Source: an uncultured delta proteobacterium (GTDB lineage: Bacteria; Myxococcota; Myxococcia; Myxococcales; Anaeromyxobacteraceae). Taken from it: a stretch of DNA of 23,584 nucleotides. The notes under the pieces are model-generated. The model worked only from the letters and a program-made list of their open reading frames with translations, was not told where the DNA came from and did no database searches. Below, piece by piece: positions 16,466 to 23,584 of this stretch (its first letter is position 1; each line of letters begins with the position of its first letter). Location: positions 1-23,584 of the forward strand of contig CAWFDF010000006.1 of NCBI GenBank assembly GCA_963814585.1. The letters are read 5' to 3'. A program made the translations under genes and the position numbers.

Positions 16466-17046
16466 TCTACCCCGCGCAGCGCCGGTCTCGACTCCCCTGC
16501 GGCCGAGCCGCCTGGCCCCTCGCCCTGGTGCTCGCCCTGGGGTGCGCGGCGCAGCAGCCGTACGTCAGCGAGCGCGTCGACTTCTCGCTGATCCGGTCGG
16601 TCGCCATCCTCCCCTTCGACGACGCGGCGGGCGAGAAGCTGGGATCGGAGCGGGTCCAGCGGATCTTCATGACCGAGCTGCTGGCCCTCGGCGTCTTCGA
16701 TCCGGTCGAGCCCGGGCAGGTGGTCCGGGCGGTCCGCACCGAGCGGATCGATCCCGCCGCGTTCACGCCGGACGACATCAAGAAGCTGGGGAAGCTGCTG
16801 GGCGTCCAGGGCGTCTTCGTCGGCTCGATCATCGAGTTCTCCGAGGGGAGGTCCGCCTCGCAGTCGGCGCAGGTGACGCTGCAGATCCGGCTGCTCGACG
16901 TGGAGTCGGGGAAGACGGTCTGGTCCACCAGCCGGAGCGGGACCGGCGCGACGGTGACCGGGCGGCTCTTCGGGATGGGGTCGCTCACCGCCTCCGAGGT
17001 CGCGCGGCAGCTGATCCGCGAGGAGCTCGAGCGCCTCGTCCGGTGA
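16462..17046 (+). CDS. CsgG/PelC/GNA1162-like outer-membrane lipoprotein, 194 aa
   Basis: ATG 16462 overlaps the barrel stop (ATGA). Lipobox LALG-C; VAILPF, LGKLLGVQGVFVGSI, VTLQIRLLDVESGKTVWS motifs of the CsgG/TolB-N/PelC fold. Confidence 0.8.
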   Translation: MIYPAQRRSRLPCGRAAWPLALVLALGCAAQQPYVSERVDFSLIRSVAILPFDDAAGEKLGSERVQRIFMTELLALGVFDPVEPGQVVRAVRTERIDPAAFTPDDIKKLGKLLGVQGVFVGSIIEFSEGRSASQSAQVTLQIRLLDVESGKTVWSTSRSGTGATVTGRLFGMGSLTASEVARQLIREELERLVR

Positions 17047-17049
17047 CCC

Positions 17050-18111
17050 ATGAGCCTCCGGGCGGTCGTCTCCCTCCTGCTCCTCGCCGCGCCCCTGGCC
17101 GCCCCTGCCGCCGAGGGGCGCCTGGTGCTGCTCCCGTTCGACGGCCAGGTCGGCCCCACCTTCCGCGGGGCGGTCCTGCAGACCGTCATGACGGCCCTGG
17201 CCAGGCGGGGCTACGTGGTGGTGGGAGGGGAGGTGGCGGAGCGCTTCCTGGAGGAGCGCCGCATCCGCTACCTCGACTCCCTGATCCCCGAGGACATCCG
17301 CGAGCTCGCCGAGGAGTTCCAGGCCGATGGCGTGGTGGTGGGGGCCTTCCTCGCCATCCCGGATGGGCCGGAGCCGGAGGCCGCCCTCGCCGCCCGGCTG
17401 ATCCGGGCGGACGGTCGGATGGCCTGGACCGCCACCGTTGGACTGTCGTCGCTCGGGGAGCCAGGCGTCGGCGCGGTCGGCGAAATCAAGCGCACTCTGC
17501 GTCCGGCCGAGCAGCTCACCGCGGCCGCCTCGCAGCTGTTCCAGGGCTTCCCAGAGAAGGGTGCGCCGCTCCCCGTCCGGATTGCCGGGACCACGGCCGG
17601 GCCGGCCCCCAGGACCTACCGGGCGCCCGGCTTCTTCCGAGAACGCCGGCGGGTCTGCCTGCTCCCGTTCGCCAACGCCACCGCCTCCCAGGCCGCGCCT
17701 CGCGCGGTGGAGGCGATCCTGGCCCGGGCGCTCGGGGAGCGGAACCAGTTCTACGTGGTGGAGCCGGCCGAGCTGCGCCGCGCCTTCGTGACCGAGGGGA
17801 TCTGGAGCCCGCGCTGGCTGACCCTGGACCACTTCCGCCGGCTCAGCGCCCGCGTTGGCGGTTGCGCCTTCCTGAGCGGGGACATCCTGACGTACGGTAG
17901 GACCACTGACGCGGCCGGCGGGAGCACCCCCGCCGTGGAGATCTACGTCAGCCTGGTCGAGCCGCCGGCCGGGCGGACCGTCTGGTCGGCGCTCCACGTG
18001 CGGCGGGGCCATGAGTACGAGCACCTGCTCGGCCTGGGCGCGCTCCAGACCAGGTTCGAGGTGGGCGAGCAGGTCGTGCAGGAGCTGGTCAAGGGGCTCT
18101 TCGCCCCGTGA
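17050..18111 (+). CDS. Exported protein with two tandem CsgG/PelC-like domains, 353 aa
   Basis: Signal peptide. Domain 1: LVLLPFD...ADGVVVG...ARLIRADGRMAW. Domain 2: VCLLPFAN...FLSGDILTY...SLVEPPAGRTVWS. Confidence 0.75.
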   Translation: MSLRAVVSLLLLAAPLAAPAAEGRLVLLPFDGQVGPTFRGAVLQTVMTALARRGYVVVGGEVAERFLEERRIRYLDSLIPEDIRELAEEFQADGVVVGAFLAIPDGPEPEAALAARLIRADGRMAWTATVGLSSLGEPGVGAVGEIKRTLRPAEQLTAAASQLFQGFPEKGAPLPVRIAGTTAGPAPRTYRAPGFFRERRRVCLLPFANATASQAAPRAVEAILARALGERNQFYVVEPAELRRAFVTEGIWSPRWLTLDHFRRLSARVGGCAFLSGDILTYGRTTDAAGGSTPAVEIYVSLVEPPAGRTVWSALHVRRGHEYEHLLGLGALQTRFEVGEQVVQELVKGLFAP

Positions 18112-18139
18112 GAAGGTCATGAGACCGAAGGGAAGCCAC

Positions 18140-20008
18140 ATGAAGAAGCTGCTCCTCATCGCCGCGGCGGCCGGGCTCTGCTCCGGCTGCGCCGCGCCGC
18201 GCTACCTCGCCAAGGTCAACGGTGAGGAGATCACCGGCGCCGACATGCGCCGCGAGTTCGGCAAGCGCCACCGGTCCATGGAGAGGTACCTGGCCACCGA
18301 GCCCGAGGTGCGCAAGGTCCTCAGCTCGGTCATCGACCGGAAGCTCTTCCTCCAGGAGGCCCGCCGCGCCGGCCTCCAGGACGACCCGGCCCTCCTCGAG
18401 GTGATCCAGGGTGAGCGCGAGCGCAAGCTCGTCGAGACCCTGGTCCGGCGCGAGGTCGACGACCCGGCCCAGCCGACCGAGGCGGAGGTGGCCGCGGCCT
18501 ACAAGCTGATGGAGCAAGGGGGCCTGGCGAGGGAGGTGGTCACGGCCACCCGCGCCGAGGCGGAGGAGGTGCGGACCCGGGCCCTCGCCGGCGACGACTT
18601 CGAGGCGCTGGCGCGGGAGCGCTCCATCGCCCGGAGCCGCCTCAACGGCGGGCTGCTGGCGCTCCGCTTCGGCGATGCGGAGGTGGCGCGCGAGGAGGCC
18701 GGGCGCGCCCTGCGCGAGGGGGACATCTCCCCGGTCTTCGAGATGAGGCAAGGCTGGGCGGTCCTCAAGCTGGAGGAGCGGAAGATCGTGGTCCCGCCGG
18801 ACCTGGCGGTCGTGCAGGCGAAGATCTCGGCCATCCTCAAGCGGCGCAAGGTGGAGGTGCTCGATCGGCAGCTCATCGCGGCCCTGCGGGCCAAGTACTC
18901 CGCACAGGTGGCGCCCTGCGACTTCTCGCTGGCCTCGCTGGAGAAGGCGCGCACCACCACGGTCGAGACCGTCTGCGCCACCTGGACCGGCGGCTCGTAC
19001 ACGCTGTCGCAGCTGGCGGCCCGGCTGCCGCTGGACCGGCTCCGCGCTGCCCCACCGGAACGGTACGACGCCGAGGTCGAGCTGAGGGTCGGCGACGCGG
19101 TGGCGGAGCGGCTGCTCCTGGCCGAGGCCATCGCCCGCGGCCTCGAGAAGGATCCGGAGGTGGTCGAGCCGGTCCAGGCGCTCGAGGAGAAGCTCCTGGT
19201 CGAGCTCTACCTGGAGCGCTACGTCACGCTCGAGGTGACGGTCAGCGACGCCGAGGTGGAGGCCGCCTACAAGGCGCAGAAGGCCGAGCTGGTCGTGCCT
19301 GAGTCGCGCCTCATCGCGCAGATCGAGGTGGCCAGCGCCGAGGCCGCCGCCGCCGCGCAGCAGCGCCTCGGGGAGGGGGAGCGCTTCGATGCGGTCGCCG
19401 GGGAGCTCTCAACCAACGTCGAGCAGGCCCAGCGTGGTGGGGTGGTCGGGTGGAAGACGCGAAAGGAGGTGTCCGACACGTTCGCCTCCGTGTTCGCCGC
19501 GAGGCAAGGTGCGGTGGTGGGCCCGATCGCGGCCGGGGGCCGCTTCTACCTCGTCAAGGTCATGGAGATCCGGCCGGAGACGCCGCTCGAGCGGACCGAG
19601 GCGGAGGCCAAGGTCCGGGAGACGCTGCTGACCGCCCGCCGCTTCGAGCGCTTCGAGCGCTTCCTCGACCAGCTCAGGAGGGAGTCCGAGATCGAGGTGA
19701 GCGACGCAGGCATCAAGCGCTACCTGGAGGAGAACCCGGCCCCGGCGGTGACGCCACCGCCCGCGCCAAGCGCCGGCCAAGGTGGTCATGCCGGCATGGG
19801 CTCGATGCCCGGCGACCTGCCGCCGGTCGGCATGCCCGGGGGGATGCCTGGTGGCCACGGTGGGCCACCGCCGGGCGGAATGCCGGGAGGGCACGGGGGT
19901 CCTCCACCGGGCGCGAAGTCGCCCACGCCGGGCGCCACGCCGCCGGCTGCGACGTCGCCAGGTGCTGCGCCGCCGGGCCCGGCGACGCCCAGGCCAAGCA
20001 CGCCCTGA
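18140..20008 (+). CDS. PpiC/parvulin-type foldase lipoprotein with two rotamase domains and a Gly/Pro/Met/His tail, 622 aa
   Basis: MKKLLLIAAAAGLCSG-C lipobox (ATG 18119 is an alternative start). LAKVNGEEIT; GDDFEALARERS...NGG; GERFDAVAGELS...GGVVGW...GPI...FYLVKV. Confidence 0.87.
   Translation: MKKLLLIAAAAGLCSGCAAPRYLAKVNGEEITGADMRREFGKRHRSMERYLATEPEVRKVLSSVIDRKLFLQEARRAGLQDDPALLEVIQGERERKLVETLVRREVDDPAQPTEAEVAAAYKLMEQGGLAREVVTATRAEAEEVRTRALAGDDFEALARERSIARSRLNGGLLALRFGDAEVAREEAGRALREGDISPVFEMRQGWAVLKLEERKIVVPPDLAVVQAKISAILKRRKVEVLDRQLIAALRAKYSAQVAPCDFSLASLEKARTTTVETVCATWTGGSYTLSQLAARLPLDRLRAAPPERYDAEVELRVGDAVAERLLLAEAIARGLEKDPEVVEPVQALEEKLLVELYLERYVTLEVTVSDAEVEAAYKAQKAELVVPESRLIAQIEVASAEAAAAAQQRLGEGERFDAVAGELSTNVEQAQRGGVVGWKTRKEVSDTFASVFAARQGAVVGPIAAGGRFYLVKVMEIRPETPLERTEAEAKVRETLLTARRFERFERFLDQLRRESEIEVSDAGIKRYLEENPAPAVTPPPAPSAGQGGHAGMGSMPGDLPPVGMPGGMPGGHGGPPPGGMPGGHGGPPPGAKSPTPGATPPAATSPGAAPPGPATPRPSTP
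19838..19909 (+). repeat. 2 x 36-bp in-frame repeat encoding GGMPGGHGGPPP
   Basis: Identical 12-aa units; 9 of 12 codons differ only at the third position. Confidence 0.8.
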
Positions 20009-20014
20009 TCGAAG

Positions 20015-21895
20015 ATGAAGCAGGGCGCGAAGGCCAGGCCGCTGCTCCTGCTGGCGGGGCTCCTGCTCGCCACCGGCCTGGCCTACTCTGCCTCGCTGGA
20101 CGGCGGGCTGCTGTTCGATGACGCGTTGCAGATCGAGCAGAACGCCTCCGTCCGGGACCTGGCCCATTACTCGGTACGGGTCCTTTGGGATCGGCTGGGC
20201 ACCGGCACCCGGGTCCTCCCCGACCTGACGTTCGCCCTCGACTACGCCCGCTCGGGGCTGGCGCCCCGCGCCTATCACGTGACCAGCCTGGCGCTGCACC
20301 TCTTGGCCGTGGTGCTCGCCTTCCTCCTCGGGCGGCGGCTCCTGGCCGGGCTTGGCTGGCCCGATCCCGCCGGTCCGGCGCTGGCGGCCGCGGGGCTCTG
20401 GGCGCTCCACCCGCTCAACAGCCAGGCCGTCAACTACGTGGTGCAGCGCTCGGAGGTGATGGCCTCCCTCTTCTACCTGCTGGCGCTCTGGCTGGTGATG
20501 GTGGCGGTGGAGCGGGGCCGCACCTGGGCCGGCGCGGCCGCCTACCTGGGCGCGCTGGCGGCGGCGCTGGCCGGGCTCGACTCGAAGCAGATCGTGGTGA
20601 CCGTTCCCGCCGTCGTCCTGCTGGTGCTGGTGACCACCGGCGCGCCGGCCGGGCCTCCCGCCCGCCGCTGGCTCGTCCGCCTCGGGCTGGCGGCCCCCTT
20701 CGCGCTGCTGGCCCTGTGGGTCGCCACCCGCACCATCAGCTCGCTCGCCGGGAGTCCCCACGCCGGCTTCGACGTCCCCGGCCTCTCTCCGGCGAGCTAC
20801 CTGCTGAGCCAGACCCGGGTCCTGGTCCAGTACCTCGGGCTGCTGGCCTGGCCGGCCGGGCTCAACCTGGATCACGGCCTCACCCCGAGCCACTCGCTGC
20901 TGGAGCCGGCGGTCCTGGCCTCGACGGCGCTCCTGCTGGTGCTCAGTGCCGGCGCGCTCGCGCTCGCCCGGTGGGGCTCGCGGCCGGGCCGCGACCAGCG
21001 GGTGGTCGCGGCCACCCGCCTGGCGCCGTTCGGCCTGGCCTGGTTCTTCGTGGTCCTCTCGCCCACCTCCAGCGTGGTGCCGCTGGTGGACCTCATGTTC
21101 GAGCACCGGGTCTACCTGGCCTCCTGGGGAATCATCCTGGGGGTGGTGGTGCTCGTGTCCGCTGCCCTGTCGAGGCTGGTCCAGCCGCCGGAGCGCGCGG
21201 CGACCGGCGGGCTGGTGCTGGCCCTGGTGACCTGCGCGGCGCTCGGCTTCGCGCTCCACCAGCGCAACCGGGTGTGGGCCAATCCGGCCAGCCTCTGGGC
21301 CGACGTGGTCGCCAAGGCCCCCGGCAACTGGCGCGGCTACCAGAACCTGGCCCAGGTGCTCGCCAGCCGCGGCCAGTACCGCCCGGCCGTCGAGCTGCGG
21401 GTGCGGGCCCTGGCAGTCGCCAGCCAGCCCCAGGACCGCGCCGAGGTGCTGCGGAACCTGGGAGCCAACCTCATCGAGCTGGGGCAGGTCGATCGGGCCG
21501 CCGCCACGCTGCTCGAGGCGGAGCGGCTCATCCCGCGGGACGCCGGCGTGCAGAACAACCTGGCCATCTGCGCCGAGGAGCTGAGACGGCTCGACGAGGC
21601 GGAGCGGCGCGCCCGGCGGGCCATCGAGCTGGACCCGGAGCAGCCCAACGCCCACGGCACACTGGGGCGGATCCTGGCGCGCCGCGGGGACCTGGGTGGC
21701 GCGCTGGACGCCTTCCGGCAGGCGGTCGCCCTGAGCCCCGACGACCTGATCCCGCTCCACAACCTGGCCCGGGCCGAGGAGCTGGTCGGCCGCCAGGCCG
21801 AGGCCTGCGCGACCTGGCGGCGCTACGGCGGGGTCCGCGGCGGCGTGGGCCGTCCAGATGCCGAGGCGGCGCGCGCCCGGCTCCGCTGTCCCTGA
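20015..21895 (+). CDS. TMTC-like (GT-C fold) membrane protein glycosyltransferase with C-terminal TPRs, 626 aa
   Basis: FDD loop after TM1 (20114-20122), TFALDY, YHVTSLALH, LHPLNSQAVNYVVQRSE, SKQ, FEHRVYL, RNRVW...SLW, then TPR helices (NLGANL, NNLAI, AHGTLGRIL, HNLARA). Confidence 0.82.
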   Translation: MKQGAKARPLLLLAGLLLATGLAYSASLDGGLLFDDALQIEQNASVRDLAHYSVRVLWDRLGTGTRVLPDLTFALDYARSGLAPRAYHVTSLALHLLAVVLAFLLGRRLLAGLGWPDPAGPALAAAGLWALHPLNSQAVNYVVQRSEVMASLFYLLALWLVMVAVERGRTWAGAAAYLGALAAALAGLDSKQIVVTVPAVVLLVLVTTGAPAGPPARRWLVRLGLAAPFALLALWVATRTISSLAGSPHAGFDVPGLSPASYLLSQTRVLVQYLGLLAWPAGLNLDHGLTPSHSLLEPAVLASTALLLVLSAGALALARWGSRPGRDQRVVAATRLAPFGLAWFFVVLSPTSSVVPLVDLMFEHRVYLASWGIILGVVVLVSAALSRLVQPPERAATGGLVLALVTCAALGFALHQRNRVWANPASLWADVVAKAPGNWRGYQNLAQVLASRGQYRPAVELRVRALAVASQPQDRAEVLRNLGANLIELGQVDRAAATLLEAERLIPRDAGVQNNLAICAEELRRLDEAERRARRAIELDPEQPNAHGTLGRILARRGDLGGALDAFRQAVALSPDDLIPLHNLARAEELVGRQAEACATWRRYGGVRGGVGRPDAEAARARLRCP

Positions 21896-21959
21896 AGGCA
21901 CTCCCGGGCTCCTTCCGGGCTGAAGGGCGGCGACGCCTGGGCTATCCTCGCGACCCGCC

Positions 21960-23582
21960 ATGGCACCCGCACTCCTCGCCTGCCTCACCTGGGCGCCCGC
22001 CCTGGTGGGGCTGGGAGCCGTCGTCCCCCACCGCGCCGATCCGGCGCTGAGGCTCGCCATCGCCGGGCTGCTCGGCCTCGGCGCCACCGGGGTGGCCGTG
22101 ACGGTGGTCCACTTCGTGGCGCCGGTCACGCCCTGGGTGGCCCTGGCCATCTGGCTGGCCGGCCTGGCGCTGGCCGTCGTCCGCCGGCGCTGGCTGCTCG
22201 AGGCGGCCGACCGGCGCCAGCTCCTCCCGCTCGCCGCGCTGCTCGTGGTCGCGGCCTTCCTGGCCCGCTCCCCGGACTTCCAGTACGACACCGGCTACTA
22301 CCACCTGCAGCAGGTCGCCTGGCTGCAGCGCGCCTCGACCTACCTGGGGACCGCCAACGTCCACTACCGGCTCGGCTTCAACACCCTCTGGTCGCCCGTG
22401 GCGGCGGCGGTCGAGCTCCCCTGGCTCGAGGGCAAGAGCGCCTTCTTCCTCAACCTGCTGCCCATGCTCTTCGCCGGGCAGGCGGTCGTGGTCGGGATCG
22501 CCGGCCTGCTCCGGGGCCGCTGGTCCTTCGCCGCCTGGCTCCTGGCCGGAGGCGCGCTCCCGCTGGCCAGCGCCACCTTCGGCGTGGGCGGGCTCTTCGT
22601 CGACTACTCGCTGGCGCTGGTGACCTTCCTGGCCTGGGCGCTCTGGGCGGCGGCGCTGGAGCACCGAGAGGGCGGGCTCGGTCCCGAGGCCCTCCCGGCG
22701 GCGCTGCTCTCGATCCTGGCACTCCTGCTCAAGGCCTCGGCCGCCCCGCTCCTCGCCTTCGGCGTCGTCCTGCTCCTGGTCCGCCGCGGCTCGGTCGACC
22801 GCTCGACCTGGAGGACGCTGGCCATCGCCGTCCCGGCCGCGCTCCTGCCCTGGCTGGCGCGCGGCGTAGCGCAGTCGGGGTGCCTGGTCTTCCCTGCGGC
22901 GTCCACCTGCCTTTCGATCCTCCCCTGGGCGGTCCCACGTGACCGCGTGGCCGAGATTGCCCGGGCGATCATCGACTGGGCCAGGGCACCAGGGCTCACC
23001 GCTCCACCCCTCGACACCTGGGTCCCGCTCTGGCTCCCGAGAGTCCTCGCCGACTACCCGGAGGCGAAGCTGCTGCCGGTCCTCTTCCTGCTCGGCCTCG
23101 CGCTCCTGACGGTGGTCCGGCCTCGCCTGACCGCGGCCTTCGCCTGGGTGGCCGGCGGCGCGGCGCTCTCCAGCGCCTTCTGGTTCCTCACGGCCCCCGA
23201 CATGCGGTTCGGCCTCGGCGCCCTCCACGCGCTGGCCCTGGCCCCGGCGGCGCTGGCGCTCGGCGGGCTCGCGTGGGCGAAGGTCCCGCCCCAGGCTCGG
23301 GTCGCGGCGGCCCTGGCTCCGGCGGTGCTGGCGGCGGGCCTGATGCTGGCCCTCGACGGCCAGGAGCGGAGCGGCACCACCTTCAACCTGCCGCCCTGGC
23401 GCCCACCGGTGCTGGAGTGGCCGGTCATGCCGGAGGAGCGCATGGTCCGGGTGAGGACCAGGGCGGGCGTCATGCTCTTCGCGCCCGAGCGAGGCGAGCG
23501 CTGCTGGTCGGCACCGCTGCCGTGCACGCCCGAGCCGGACGAGGCGCTGCGCTTCGACGGCTACTACCACGTGGGGCGCTAG
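21960..23582 (+). CDS. Multi-pass membrane protein, LIC_10190-like (probable GT-C fold), 540 aa
   Basis: More than 10 hydrophobic segments; YDTGYYHLQQVAW...G.AN.H.RLGFN, LKAS, SGCLVFP, WAR, WFLTAPDMRFG, CWSAPLPCTP motifs. Confidence 0.65.
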   Translation: MAPALLACLTWAPALVGLGAVVPHRADPALRLAIAGLLGLGATGVAVTVVHFVAPVTPWVALAIWLAGLALAVVRRRWLLEAADRRQLLPLAALLVVAAFLARSPDFQYDTGYYHLQQVAWLQRASTYLGTANVHYRLGFNTLWSPVAAAVELPWLEGKSAFFLNLLPMLFAGQAVVVGIAGLLRGRWSFAAWLLAGGALPLASATFGVGGLFVDYSLALVTFLAWALWAAALEHREGGLGPEALPAALLSILALLLKASAAPLLAFGVVLLLVRRGSVDRSTWRTLAIAVPAALLPWLARGVAQSGCLVFPAASTCLSILPWAVPRDRVAEIARAIIDWARAPGLTAPPLDTWVPLWLPRVLADYPEAKLLPVLFLLGLALLTVVRPRLTAAFAWVAGGAALSSAFWFLTAPDMRFGLGALHALALAPAALALGGLAWAKVPPQARVAAALAPAVLAAGLMLALDGQERSGTTFNLPPWRPPVLEWPVMPEERMVRVRTRAGVMLFAPERGERCWSAPLPCTPEPDEALRFDGYYHVGR

Positions 23583-23584
23583 CG

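Noticed and set aside
21896..21959. GGCACTCCCG (same 10-mer as in the 10584 promoter) and a weak hairpin before the last gene
   Set aside because: GG-to-GC gap is 9 nt and the hairpin is short without a U tract; neither promoter nor terminator is supportable.
1..23584. Cytochrome c maturation genes, an inner-membrane quinol oxidase or the cognate sigma54 activator
   Set aside because: None recognisable in the window; they must be encoded elsewhere, so the electron source and regulator cannot be identified here.

Overview
Very GC-rich bacterial DNA; gene content and codon style suggest Anaeromyxobacter-like Myxococcota (inference). The core (4.3-20.0 kb, + strand) looks like a complete cytochrome-nanowire production and export locus. 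In order: a PpiC/SurA-type foldase, a lipoprotein with 42 CXXCH motifs, an NHL beta-propeller, two OmcS-family hexaheme cytochromes (both keep the N-terminal H2...C9xxC12H13-T-M-H16 register), a frameshifted ~10-heme cytochrome, an outer-membrane beta-barrel with an inserted discoidin domain, two CsgG/PelC-like proteins and a second PpiC lipoprotein. Together these carry 64 heme-attachment motifs. Three correctly spaced sigma54 (-24/-12) promoters with candidate enhancer palindromes precede the foldase, the 42-heme gene and the first OmcS-like gene, and a 13-bp hairpin follows that gene. The locus is flanked by a six-FN3 lipoprotein and by glycosylation genes: two GT2 plus DUF2304 on the left, a TMTC-like and a LIC_10190-like membrane protein on the right. 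Two single-base frameshifts (~1285, ~13290) are probably assembly errors. No RNA genes, CRISPR arrays or mobile elements were seen. Family assignments are by motif recognition only; no searches were run.
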